Below are positions 49,587 through 61,935 of a stretch of 64,000 nucleotides of DNA, piece after piece. Source of the DNA: Asterionella formosa. Taxonomy: Eukaryota. The notes under the pieces were generated by a model that saw only the letters and a list, made by a program, of their open reading frames with translations, made no database searches and had not been told where the DNA came from. A program made the translations under genes and the position numbers. Every line of letters starts with the position of its first letter. The stretch's first letter is position 1. The stretch spans positions 62,001 through 126,000 of the forward strand of contig NKIB01002172.1 of assembly GCA_002256025.1 (NCBI GenBank), read 5' to 3'.

Positions 49587-49632
49587 CAAACTTGCTTCCC
49601 AGACATCATCAAACTTGCTTCCCAGACATCAT
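49587..49632. repeat. Perfect 23-bp tandem duplication
   Basis: CAAACTTGCTTCCCAGACATCAT x2. Confidence 0.95.
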
Positions 49633-51359
49633 ATCTGATCTTCATGTAGAAAACATACTAAAAAAATAAATGTTTGAAAAGTAATAACTGAATGTAACAT
49701 CTGAAAATAGCACCAAAAATGTGACAACAATGGCGCGAAATTGACTCCTTACCGGCGAAACCCATGAATCTTGGTCCCCAAAAGTCCAATCAACGATATA
49801 ATCAATGAACAATCGTCCGATAACACGCGTTATAGAGCCTCGACTATGGTGGAGTTCTTTGGGTCGCACTGTGGCCCAGAGGGCCAGGATTGTGAATTTA
49901 GGACAGGGGAGCCAGGCAAGGAGCCCATGCGGCTCTAGAGTAGGATGAGGAGATTTTGTTATTGGGTGTGACTCAGGCAAGGAGCCCATGTGGCACTTAA
50001 ATTTTTTTGTGGAGAAAGTGAAAGAAACAAATGGTCATGAAAAATGGTCTCAGAGGGCAGAGAGAGAGATGTGAGATTATCTTGGATGCTAGGAGTAAGA
50101 ATGAGGACATTAAGAGGTAGCTAGAATAGTTCAGATGGTGAAGGCAGATTATTGAGTGAGCTGGTGCTATTCAAATGAATGGGATAAACACTGGTGCAAA
50201 GACGTGGAAGAAAAATATTGTGAAAAGGAGGCCTGCTGGAATGAACAATAATGCAGTGATATCATAGGAGTGAACTGGATTCGCAATCTTGGGAGGAGGA
50301 ATAGTTTGCTGAATAGGAATCAAATAATTGAATGCTAGGCTGAAATGGAGCCTTACAGATTGGTAAGAGCGGTCAGTAGGCGCTGTGTTCTTGGGTTTAG
50401 AGGTGTTTTTGACTGGGGGAGGAGACTTTGTCAGATGTAGCTAGCAGGTACTAGGGTGCCTTTTTTGGTGGCCGGAAAAATAGAGGGATTGGGGCTGGCT
50501 GCGGTAGATGACTCTTTTCGAATAGCTGTGCGGACCATAAAATGATCAGGATATGATGATAAGCAGGAGAGGCAGGGGTCAGTTGAGGGGAATGAGAGGT
50601 GAGACTGGTGGTACTAAATGCGGGGATTGGAGAATGGTGCATGAAATATGCGCCAACGAATGGTGGTTCTGCGGGTTTGGGTTTCTTTTGCAGTGTGGAG
50701 AGAGGGGTTCTGGATGATTCTGTATTCTTTGAATTCTTGAGGGCAGCGTTGGGATGAGACACTGGTGGTGGAGGGAAATGAAGTAGAAGAGCGGCAGCAA
50801 AGGTGCCCGAAATGGGCATGATGGCTGCACAAGAGGAGGATCAGAAGTAGCGTGTAGGTTAGTCCGTAGACTCGTTTGACAAATGCGCTGTCAGAGGCGC
50901 GCAAAGTAGGCGAAAGTCGTTTCCTTAGGAAGGAACAGGTGGATTTGACTGACTTCTGCTGTGGAGTGACCAGCAGGTCTAACAGTGAATGTTGAGCATG
51001 AAAAAGAGTGGAGGAGGGGTAAGCGAAAGAAGCGGCAGTGTCCAACGAGGACATGGTGACTGAGGAGGGTGTCAGCAGCAGCGCTACAGACTGCCGACAT
51101 AGGCTAAGTGCTGAGAAAAATAGAGGAAAGTCGGAATTGTAACCCGGAAAGTTCAATGTTGCGATGTTGAAACTATAGGAAATATACAAAATAAATTTTA
51201 ATGATGGGCAATATCTGACCTTTGGAAACTTTCGATGCTAAGATAGGAAATATACGAAATATATTTTATATGATGGGCAATAGTAAGCTAAAACTGACAT
51301 TTCTGCTTTATTTGTGGGCAGTTGGTAAGCAAATGATGTGACAATAGCTAGTTTGCAAA

Positions 51360-52067
51360 TTGCCTCATCAATGCCCTTCTCGGTGGCTACTTGCCTTCTT
51401 GTATACATGTGTACTCGGCTGGGATGGCACTTGTAGGGTGGCTGACATTCTTGCGCCACCCAACCTCGCTCGAACACATGTATACTCACAGGCAAGAGAC
51501 CTGTATACTCACAGGCAAGTGACCACCTCAGGCGTGTATTGCCTTCAGCATCAGCTGCAAAGGAATTCGATATTTGAAAATGAGCTTGCGCCGCCCAACA
51601 GCTCTGTACAGATTGGAAAAAAGTTAATCCCAATGGTTGCTCTCGTGATCCAAGTTGCATTTGTCAATTTCTTCAACAATGACATATTCCCAAAGGCAGC
51701 AAGTACCTCTGCTACTATGGACATTGGTAGTGGCCCGCAATGCACTGGCCATCTTGAACTTGTCTTGCATACTATTGCATTTGGAATTACAGCGGCTGTT
51801 TGTTTAGGATTCATGATATTGAGTACTGATGGGTGGTGTATCGATATTTATTCTTGAATGTTGTCTTTGCAATCTGTTGCTTGGTTGTTTGCCATTTCTG
51901 ATTATTTGTCATTGACTTGCTGGATCAATAGCCATGGAGCCCTGACAACATATCAATTGAAATTTGAGAGCAGTTTTAAATTGGGTTTAACTGCAATCTT
52001 TGCAATTGCTGGGGTTATAATTTTATCAATAATCTTCCAGAGAAAAAACTACAAGCACCAGCAGTAG
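51360..52067 (+). pseudogene. Disrupted membrane-protein remnant
   Basis: Same-frame ORFs 51360-51857 and 51858-52067 with several TM-like segments, separated by one TGA; CpG-poor. Confidence 0.35.
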
Positions 52068-52725
52068 TAGAAGCAAATCATGATGGCGGTTCACAAGCGA
52101 AAAGAATAAATGCAGTTCAAGAGACGGGTCAAAAAGCTCAGCATAAGAAGTTTTGTCAAACATATCTCCAGCAAAGGGGAACAGTTCTAGATGAAAATAG
52201 ACCTGATAACTTTCGTATAATTTGGCAAAAAGTAATCCCAGAACTTGCCATCATTCTCCAATTTTTTACTGTATTTTCAATGTGGTGTTTCAAGAGTGCA
52301 AAAGGGACAAATATATGAGCAACACTGAGATATCTGTACCCTGGTACCTTCCAAATGCTCTTAGGGTTTGGAGGGTAAAAAGAATCTAACATCATGCACA
52401 CCCATAGACAAAGAATATTTATTGCATGTTGCACACCAGGGCCCCGTAGTAACACTTGAGTAGTCGGAAGGCGCTTAATAAAGAATGAGGTATGTAAACG
52501 AATTAAAATGAAGTCTCTATTACATATAAATTATTTTTTCTTCAAGTCACTTCATGTTGCACCTGGAGATTCCATCACTCGAATAGTAAATACCGGTAGG
52601 TTCATTAATATAATAAATACGGGAGTAAAATAGGTATATACCGGTATACTGACTACCTGTACCAGGTACCTGGTAGCTGGTACTATGCACCGTCCAGCAT
52701 AATACCACCTCACAAATCCTGGCTA

Positions 52726-54079
52726 ATGACTGCCACAATGACGACGAAGAAGAACAAGGTAGCATTGTTCGTCTTTATTGCCATATTTTGTTTTTCTTTG
52801 GTGATCCAAACACGTACGTCTGCTAATGTTTTGAGCACCCTCACCAAGACCTTATCGCAACTGGATAGCATTGTGTCCACTGGCATTCAAACAAACCCAT
52901 ATTTGACGCTCAACGGAACGGCCTTCGATGGAGCGAACTCCATGTCGGCATGTTTACTTGTCATGGTACGCTCATTCATTTTGAAGTTTCGATGGTTGGC
53001 TGCTGTTGCTCCCGTATTTCATTGTGATGATACTTGTATAGCTGTGGATTAAACGAACGCTAACTATGTGCAATGATATACAGGATGAAAACTTCCGATT
53101 GCCAGAATGGATTTCCTATTCCTACCATACACTCCCATTACGATATCTAATCGTCGCTGTCGACCCACGCAGCAAGCATTGGCCAACTCCAGTTCTAGAT
53201 CTCTTTCGGAAGGAACTCCCTGATTTGACTATTCTTGAATGGTCGGACTCTGATTTTGTGTCGTGGAAGAACCCACAACTACTTGTGAATGTGACACGGA
53301 AAATGGTTCGAGATCGACACAGAGTTCGACAACTTAGATTCTATAATGTTTGTTTGACACACATGTACAAGAACAATCGAACATGGACAGCAATGTATGA
53401 CACAGATGAGTTTCTCGTTTTTGGCGATTACAATCACTCTTATAGAAACACAGTGATGACCCCTGGATCTATGGAACCAAAAGGAACAATCGTTGAGTTT
53501 ATTCAAAAGATTCAAAAAATCGAAAACAAGAGTTGTTTTGAATTGCCTCGCATTCTCTATGGCACTAAAGAGATTAACGAACAAGAAATTCGAATATCTC
53601 TTCCTGATAATTTTGATTTGGATCACCAGCGCTTTGATACCCTGCGATACCGATACCACAATGATATTCACCAAAAGTCAAACGGATTGGGTAAAACAAT
53701 TATAAATTCTGCAATCCTCGGTCCATATCTTCCATTAAACATTAAAAGTCCACACCGTGTCCTGTCGGAAGTGTGTGGGTCAGTCTTTTCCGCAGACACT
53801 AAGACTAGCCCCTTTCGTCTGAACCACTATCTTGGGTCCTGGGAAGCATACAGCTTTCGAGACGATGCTCGAAAGGGGTCAGATGCGCGCTCCTGGCAGT
53901 CTTGGGAATTGAGAGCAAATGCGACAGGATCCCATAGATCAGACGAGATTTGTACTTGGTTGAAGGGGTTTTATGCAAATGTTGGAGCGAGAAAAGCCAA
54001 GAGGCTATTGCAAGATACTGGCCTCCCGCCAACTATCAAGATAGAAAATCATGATGAATGGACCCTTGTGCCAAGTTGA
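52726..54079 (+). CDS. Glycosyltransferase family 92/GT2-like type II membrane protein; exons 52726-52965 and 53084-54079
   Basis: Intron GTACG...CTAAC...TACAG joins SACLLVM-DENFRLPEWISY. DxD motif YDTDEF, GK.II, LNHYLGSWE. Confidence 0.85.
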
Positions 54080-54225
54080 GAATCCATGATTCATGCACTA
54101 CTTTAAGGTAAATTGCTCACACTGGGTGATGAACACTACATGGGCACTGCATATGTATGCTTGTATGAATATGGTTCACTTCATAAAGCAATACAGAAAC
54201 ATTTGATTCAGGCAATGCCATTTGA

Positions 54226-54583
54226 AAAATCATTGCTGAAATGTCAATTGAAGTTTTGGTGTAACGAGATCACATAGATCCGTGTCAGCCAACATTACAC
54301 TCATGATCTGTGCAGCAGTTCATGGATGTAGTCTACAACATTGGTTTGTCATACTTCCTCAGTATGAGACTTTCTTATGAATATATTTCACAAAATGTTC
54401 ATTCAAAATCATTGCTGAAATGTCAATTGAAGTTTTGGTGTAACGAGATCACATAGATCCGTTTCAGCCAACATTACTCTCATGATCTGTGCAGCAGTTC
54501 ATGGATGTAGTCTACAACATTGGTTTGTCATACTTCCTCAGTATGAGACTTTCTTATGAATATATTTCACAAAATGTTCGTTC
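54226..54583. repeat. Recent 179-bp tandem duplication
   Basis: Units 54226-54404 and 54405-54583 differ at about 3 positions. Confidence 0.95.
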
Positions 54584-55760
54584 AGTTTTTCAATGAATGT
54601 TGTTGATGAATACTTTCCTGTTTTATAATCCATGGTGTGGCGTTTTTCTTTCTGTCAAAACTTTAGGAGGTCAAGGATTGACAAACTCCTTGCGTTTGTA
54701 TGAGTCAAGGGCGGAGATCAAAGCGACTGATGTGATGCCAGCTTTTGATTGCGCCCTGGGTGAGATTGCAGGTGACAGAAGTAAATTAATTCATACAGGT
54801 ATACATTATCTCTTCACTATATTTGTCAATGACCATGAATAATGATGTGAATAATGGCACAACATGCTTCCAGCTAAGGACAGCGCATTGATGAGCACAT
54901 GTGTTGAATCAGACAGACAGAGCCCTGGCAGTCATGTCACTGACATGCATAAGGCTTTGCTCAGATGAGGGAAACCAACCAATGATACCTGTAAGAATAA
55001 ATACAGAAATCAACATGTGCATAAGTATATGTAGTTTCAATAATATGATTATTAACAATATTCTAAAATATGTTCTGTAGTTTCCAGACTATTAACCACT
55101 CATGATCACATTGTTGCCAATAAATAGTACCAGTTACTGTAGACTTCCAGTAAGTAACATGAGAAGACCTAGAACAGGTAGTAATATATCAGTTTTATCT
55201 AGTAAACAACTGAGCATGCTGAAAATGACCTTCAGAGGAAAACATAGCTAGCATTGTCTGTATAAATGCTTGCGGGATTAAAATAACTCTTTGTCAATTA
55301 CCAGTGCATATTAGTAATTTTTATAGCGCATTATTACTGGTCTAGTATTTCTAGATGTATCTTCATTGCACTCCATGGCCCATGTAGTAAGGTGGGGTGG
55401 TGGATAGAGGTGGTCACTCCTTCATATGGGATTATGTAAAATAAAAAATTGTTTTCGCTGATGCATAGTGCAAGTTGTTTTTGGAACGACAGCCACCATA
55501 TTAGATTGTCAACTGGTGTACTGGATGGAAAGTTTTGTTTGTTCCTGAGTGCATGGAGTTGATCTGTGGTCCGCTATCATGTTATGTTTGTAGACATTGG
55601 GGCAAAGTTTGTGTGTACTGATTTCTGTCCCATTTTGGCAAGATCATTGGATTTTTCTAAAAGGTGCCCAAATGCAATGCATATTGGTGAAAGCTCCGTT
55701 TCGCGATATTTATTTATGTTTTACTTGCAAGAAGTGCGAGTTTGAGGTACCAGGTACCTG

Positions 55761-55848
55761 CAAGTTGCGGTAATATTGCTGAAACTAAAACTTTAGCTAT
55801 CTTTATCCCAGATTGAAATGTTAGTTAAAGCAAAATGACCGCAACTTG
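55761..55848 (+). mobile_element. 88-bp MITE, copy F, with CTG TSD
   Basis: CAAGTTGCGGTAAT...ATGACCGCAACTTG. CTG on both sides; empty site is GGTACCTGGTACC. Confidence 0.9.
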
Positions 55849-56048
55849 CTGGTACCGGTACTCTGACTCAATTATTTTATAACCTTACCTCTAATTTTCT
55901 TGATGCGTGGGCAATCATGCAATGAACGTGATGATTAAATATAAGCTCAAATATACTACCGTACTGTACATTGTATTCATTCTACCGGTAAATCAACAGG
56001 ACATAAGTCCAATTGGTGTGTATTGTAAACATCAGAATAGTAGCAGCA

Positions 56049-56828
56049 ATGGACGACGAAGCGATTGTTCGAGGGATCGCAAATGCTTTTTTCGATAGCG
56101 AAACACGCCAGAATCATGTTCATACCAATTGCGTATTTCTTGAGGTAGACAGCGATGGAAACATCAAAACAGAACAAAGAATCGGAAATTTTGATAGAGG
56201 GCGCGTTGTATCTGTAGTGGTGCTCCACGATGGATTGACGGCAGTGGCTCATATCAACAATGGACACCAGGCGGGATTTTTGACTCTATTGAAGGCAGCA
56301 TCAACACAAGGAAACAGTATACAGTGGTTCATTATCAGCGCGGTTCTATCATTGACGCAACAAAGCACCGATGCCATTAAGCCTCCTGATGTCAACAAGG
56401 TCATGACTGCGTGTTGGGATGAATATTGTGGCGCTAGTCGTGCGTGCGATGGGAAGAAAATGGCCAGCATCTTTCACCCCGTTTGTCGGTTAACTTTTTC
56501 AACCAATACAGGAGAGTTGACTATCAAATCACAAGAAGAATTTTGCGATCGGGTAGAGATGCGTTATACATCTGATGCACACAGTCCATACAAGCATTTG
56601 CAAAGGGATCCACGAGTAAAAGAAGGCGATAGTTTGTTGGGAGTTGACTTTGGAACACCATCCTTAGCCATGGTTACTCTCAAGGTTGGACATCCTCCCT
56701 TCTTGTGGACTGATGTTTTGACGTGCGCATTTCTCAAAATAGGCAACACTAAGGGAGGAGAAAAGAAATGGTGGATTGTGGCAAAATCGTCGTCCAATGA
56801 GCCTTTTTTGACAGATTTAGCCATGTGA
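56049..56828 (+). CDS. NTF2/SnoaL-like (lumazine-binding-like) protein
   Basis: C-terminal half Y..A....DGKKMASIFHP.C.L...AMVTLKVG..PFLWTDVLTC......WWIVAK. The N-terminal half looks like a second degenerate copy. Confidence 0.7.
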   Translation: MDDEAIVRGIANAFFDSETRQNHVHTNCVFLEVDSDGNIKTEQRIGNFDRGRVVSVVVLHDGLTAVAHINNGHQAGFLTLLKAASTQGNSIQWFIISAVLSLTQQSTDAIKPPDVNKVMTACWDEYCGASRACDGKKMASIFHPVCRLTFSTNTGELTIKSQEEFCDRVEMRYTSDAHSPYKHLQRDPRVKEGDSLLGVDFGTPSLAMVTLKVGHPPFLWTDVLTCAFLKIGNTKGGEKKWWIVAKSSSNEPFLTDLAM

Positions 56829-58212
56829 TGGTATCAGTGATGTTGTGAATGATTTATCTAGAAATATATCACATGGTCTCAGAATGTTTATTTGATGATT
56901 AAGGTAACTCTGATGGTATGTGCTAGCTACGAATAAGGAATATGTATTTTACAGCTATTGCCCAGGGTGGAAAAACCTTCACAGAAAAGCCGCAATTTGG
57001 TCAAAGTGACTGGTAGGTCATAGCACTTAACCTTATCATCATGATGACCAGATCAACAAAAATATCCAATACAAGCTGCTTAGCATGTATATGCATGTTA
57101 TGCATCAAAATGTTTCTGACCTAAATTCAGTGAGAAGCATAAACTCTAGCCACTATTTGAGTGAATACACTGACAAAAATGTTTCTGTCAAAATAGTTTT
57201 TTGTCTGACTCTCTCTAATATCTTCCACCTCAAGCAATGCATCTCCACTTTTTATCAATCTCCCCAAATAGACAAATCTTTCCCTTTAGTACAACTAAGA
57301 ATATCAAATATTTCATTCCTCAACAACACTTTGTACAGCCCTGTGCATAAATTAACAATTCATATAGCTTTGTATCAGCAATGGCTTACAACTGCTAGAG
57401 TGGTAGGACAGCTGGATGCCTGTGACAAAAAAATTAAACAAATAGATCTATCACCCGCCCCTGGACCAATGGTCCACGTGCAAGTCAATACCAGTGGTTC
57501 TGAAAAAGTGTGTTAACAGCAAAATTATAGAATTGATTACCGGTATTGCTACCAGATAGATAATATGTGATGCTTGTTCACAAGGGAAAGATACTGGTAG
57601 TGAAATTACCTGGGATGCTTCCTGCTGCGGTACCAGGTGTCCTCACTCAAGCACAATCGATTTCTTGACACATCCTTTCACCATACCTGTCACCTCCTAC
57701 TTACTGTCATCACGCGTTTTGTCAAGCACAAAGGGAAGTATAAGTAATTTGTGGCCCCTTCAAATCATTTTCATTTAGAGAGGGGCACAGTAAATTTTTT
57801 GTCTGTCCAATACTTGAAGTTGTATGCGACAACATTAGACCTTTTGTTCGTGCTGTTTAACATTTTTGAGATTTGGTTGTGTACATTCGTATCAGTTCGT
57901 GTCAACATCTGGCACCCTACCGAGTGTAAACAACGTTTGCCAACTATTACCGGTATCTTATCAGGCAATACTACGGTATATCTCTATATTAATTATACTA
58001 GGTACCGGGTACCAGCCATCCTATTTAGACATGTTTATGATATATAACATATTACCGGTATTCATGTTGAATCATAGAATATAGTATTGATGGTGGGAGT
58101 GTGCTTGAATGCGACCGCGTCAACAACAAATCAAAACGGCAACGGCTCAACCGACTGCTTTTCATCAGGAGATTCTCACGTTCCATTTCCGTATCACGCA
58201 GATTGGTGAAAA

Positions 58213-59643
58213 ATGATGCGCTCGCTACAGATAGTGTTTGTTTCTGTGCTCATCCTTGGCAATGTGGCCATCGCTGCCAAGACGTCGTCATATCTCCGTG
58301 CTAGTGACAGCACCGAAACCGAAGAAGCGTCGAGCCTGCTCCTTGATTCTGGCTCCCTCCCACGCCATCTAAAGAAGAATGGGCCAAAGAAGAAAAGCGG
58401 CGGCGGCAGTGCTAGGAAGAACCCTAAGGGTACAAAGGGCAAGCATGACAAGCATGACAAACCGACAAACAGTAACGGAGGATCGACTGATGTCAATAAC
58501 AGTGGTCAGATACCTAACGAAGCTGCATTGGTCTGCGCTGGCCTTCAAGGAATTCCCTGCCCAGAAGGTTACAGTTGTGTCGATGACCCTTCCAACTGCG
58601 GCATTGCAGCAGACTGCCTTGGTATCTGTGTTGAGGTCCCAAAATGTGCAGGTCTTCTTGGCCTTCAGTGCCCTGATGGCTTGGTATGTGTTAATGACCC
58701 TACTAACTGCGGCATTGCAGCAGACTGCCTCGGGATCTGTGTAGATGCTTCACTGACATGTAGCGGCATTTTTGGCGAGGCATGCCCTGATGGTTTGACA
58801 TGCATTGACGACCCACGTGACAATTGTGATCCAGGTAATGGTGGAGCTGACTGTGGAGGTATTTGCATTGTTTCTCCTGTTCCACCATTTTTAGCACCAG
58901 GGGATCCATCTCAGGGTGGAGATGAACTTCCGAGATGTGGGGGGCCTGAAAACATTACATGCCTTAATGATTTGACATGTGTTGATAACCCCAAATGCAC
59001 TGCTGGTTCTGTTGATTGTCTTGGGACCTGTACATATATTCCAAAGTTCTGTGGGGGCATTGCTGCTTTAGAGTGTCCTGATGGTTTGACATGTGTTGAT
59101 GATCCAAGTGATTCTTGTGATCCAAACAATGGCGGAGCTGACTGTGGAGGTGTCTGCGTCTATGTTTCAGGGCCACCTGTAGTGGATGTACCAAACTTCT
59201 CAGGAATTTGTCCATTGGATGTTCCTCGAAGTGATGATGCATGTCCTACTGACTTTGAAATAGGTGCACGATGTGGTTATGGCTCTGTATGCTGCTGTGA
59301 TACATGTTATACTGAAACGACATGTACATGCTCTGATGCAAAAACATTTCAATGTGCCTCCATTGCCATTAAATGTAATTCCGATTGCCCTGTTTCCAAC
59401 ATAACAACCCCTATCATACCTGACGAACCTGCTATGTGTACTCCCTCAATGAGTGTCTGGCCAGATCTTGTGGGTCGAATAGGGGAGGAAGCCAAAGCCT
59501 TCCTTGAGTCATCAGAGCCTTGCTTGACAGTCATCACTATTGTACTAGAGGGCAGTGCAGTCACTGCAGATTATGTTTTCACCCGTGTCCGGATCATTGT
59601 GAATGACCTAGATATCGTTGTTGCTCCTCCTATGATTGGATAA
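58213..59643 (+). CDS. Secreted Cys-rich repeat protein with C-terminal potato inhibitor I (I13)-like domain
   Basis: Signal peptide, Lys-rich linker, six CxGxxGxxCPxGxxCVDDP...ADCxGxC modules, a further Cys-rich block, then WPDLVG..GEEAK...IVLEGSAVTADY..TRVRIIVN...IVV.PPMIG. Confidence 0.85.
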   Translation: MMRSLQIVFVSVLILGNVAIAAKTSSYLRASDSTETEEASSLLLDSGSLPRHLKKNGPKKKSGGGSARKNPKGTKGKHDKHDKPTNSNGGSTDVNNSGQIPNEAALVCAGLQGIPCPEGYSCVDDPSNCGIAADCLGICVEVPKCAGLLGLQCPDGLVCVNDPTNCGIAADCLGICVDASLTCSGIFGEACPDGLTCIDDPRDNCDPGNGGADCGGICIVSPVPPFLAPGDPSQGGDELPRCGGPENITCLNDLTCVDNPKCTAGSVDCLGTCTYIPKFCGGIAALECPDGLTCVDDPSDSCDPNNGGADCGGVCVYVSGPPVVDVPNFSGICPLDVPRSDDACPTDFEIGARCGYGSVCCCDTCYTETTCTCSDAKTFQCASIAIKCNSDCPVSNITTPIIPDEPAMCTPSMSVWPDLVGRIGEEAKAFLESSEPCLTVITIVLEGSAVTADYVFTRVRIIVNDLDIVVAPPMIG

Positions 59644-60517
59644 GTGAAGGGAATGGTATATCAAATCGAAATTTACATATTTGCACTCAGAGGATGATCC
59701 CACAGATAAAACATTAGTTTTCATATTTATGGATATCATGAAAGTTTTTAGAAATTATACATAAAAGTAGGAATCACGATTATGCTAAACCAACAATGCA
59801 CTAACCAATGATTTGATGAAGCTTCATCAACATAGGTAACAATACATATTGTAAGTCGATTGACCAAAGCAGAGAGGTGAAAGGGGATGGTGCAGTTGTT
59901 GACACAACAATGGCAAGAGAACTAAGGCTGATATTACAAGCATTTTGAAAATAAAACATTGTCTGTGAGGCCACACGTCGCCTCCGGTAACTGTTTCTCG
60001 TTGAAGTCTTGCATAACGGCTATCTGACTAATGCTGGCCAAAAAGACCATGCTTTATCAAAATAATATGAAAATTGAAGGGTTGGGACAAGTGTATACAA
60101 TTACCAAATGTGTGTTGCCCTTGTCATGTAAATGAAAATCAATGTGTAAGACATGAGACATCATTCTTGTTTCATTCTGTATGCAAATAGCACTGTAATG
60201 AAGCAGAGGCACCTCGACCTTTAGAAATGCTACTATCTGTAATTTCTCCATCAAATAGATTAAGGTTGCTCGTCATCAAAGGGCATTCAGTAATGTAGCA
60301 TTGGAGTGCAGAGTTAATAATATTATGCCATTATGATCACCGGTAAGATAACTATTTTCAACCCTTTAAAAAAGGAACAGGTATGACGCTGTCGTGGCCT
60401 GCACTCCGAGGGACTGTAAATGGACTAGCATCTAAGATTCATGTCAACACCCAGCGAGAGAGAGAACAAGAAAAAATGCATTGGAAGAAAATCATGACAG
60501 GAACATCACATTACGCA

Positions 60518-61348
60518 CTACTTCAATTCCTCTGTTTTGATGAAGTCGATCGCAAGAGTCAATGCTCTTTCTTGTTGTTCCGCAATCGTTGGATCGCTCG
60601 CATCTCCTCGTGCTACAAAACCATGGATCATATCGGGAAATTCAATTGAAATCTTGTTCTCATCGATCCCGCCTCGTTGCTTGGACAATTGTTGCACAAT
60701 GGGTGTGTCGACTTTCAAGTCGTCATTTTTGGCCACCAGAAAGAGAATGGGCTTATCCTTAACGGCCTCGGCCAGAGCTTCTTCCTTTTCGCCATATACT
60801 ACCTGCAACTTCCATGAAGGATGAATTCCCACTCCGCACTTGATATGCGAAAACTCGCCCAACGCAAGTGCGCGTCCCATGACCCAGCCCCCGAAACACA
60901 TCCCAACCATGGATATCTTGGCCCCTTCGTACTTGTTCAAGTACGGGAGGAGAATTTCTACCAAGTCCTTCTCAATGGCAGCAATTGTAATTCTTGTTCT
61001 GCAGCCCCACACCACCGAGAGTATTTGGAAGAAATCTGTAATGGCAGCAGGGAGCCCCCAGCCACCCAAGATGGGGTTGCCTCGAAAGAGGTCCGGCATT
61101 ACAACCAACGTCGATTCCATCCGCTCACTCAGCGTGTCACACACAACCTTTTGGTTCCCGGAATCGACCCCGTAGACGTCGGAGAAGACAACGAGAACGG
61201 TGCTAGGCGACTCCTCGACTCCGACGACATACATCGGCAATTCCTTGTGAGTGGAGCCCTCTTTGGAAGTCAATTTGATAGTTGTACCACTTGGCGTCTT
61301 GTTGGCCAGTGGCCTTGGGCCGATGCTTCCAGGCGGGCAGCAGGACAT
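60518..61348 (-). CDS. Dienelactone hydrolase family protein
   Basis: SCCPPGS start, SDVYG, VMPDLFRG, nucleophile motif GMCFGG, HPS, MIHGFVARGD. Confidence 0.92.
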   Translation of the reverse strand: MSCCPPGSIGPRPLANKTPSGTTIKLTSKEGSTHKELPMYVVGVEESPSTVLVVFSDVYGVDSGNQKVVCDTLSERMESTLVVMPDLFRGNPILGGWGLPAAITDFFQILSVVWGCRTRITIAAIEKDLVEILLPYLNKYEGAKISMVGMCFGGWVMGRALALGEFSHIKCGVGIHPSWKLQVVYGEKEEALAEAVKDKPILFLVAKNDDLKVDTPIVQQLSKQRGGIDENKISIEFPDMIHGFVARGDASDPTIAEQQERALTLAIDFIKTEELK

Positions 61349-61644
61349 GATTGGAATAGTTTAACCTCAAATGAAAACGAGGTGTGACACGAGGGCGTTG
61401 TTAAACACAGAACATAAGAATACCGGTATCCGACAAGGTTGTTGTCTGACTCATAATCCAAGCAGATCAGCAGTGCGAACGCAGGCAACGCCCTCGCAAA
61501 ATGAACATACCCTATATATGATATGTACTCCGAGTACGGTAGATAAAATAAATATTGTGTGATTTCTGCATGCGGTACCCTGTTTGAATTGTTAATGTGC
61601 CAGCATCACAGTGACAATCCATTTATAGCTTCTTCCAGCATGCT

Positions 61645-61935
61645 GGTAGTACCTGGTACCAGGTACTGTAAATGTAAATACCGGTATATAGGTACCTATG
61701 TCACCAGAACCAGTACCATGGGACCAGGTACCTGCGGCCGGCAGATCTTTGCAGCCTCCTATGATTTGGTGTACCCGGAGACCATTGTAATTTGGGTACA
61801 AGGGTACCTGGTACATATTACCGGAATGTCTAAATTACACATCATGTAGGCGCTACCGGTAGGATTGTGGTTGCCTATTGCCGGTATATGCACATACATA
61901 GAACGTATACAACGTACTAGACTACCGGTAGTAAA
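61645..61935. repeat. GGTACC / TACCGGTA palindromic motif cluster
   Basis: GTACCTGGTACCAGGTAC, TACCGGTA and GGGTACCTGGTAC recur through the interval. Confidence 0.8.

Noticed and set aside
51855..51857. Stop-codon readthrough between two in-frame ORFs
   Set aside because: Region looks degenerate and CpG-eroded with no clear start; a pseudogene is more likely.
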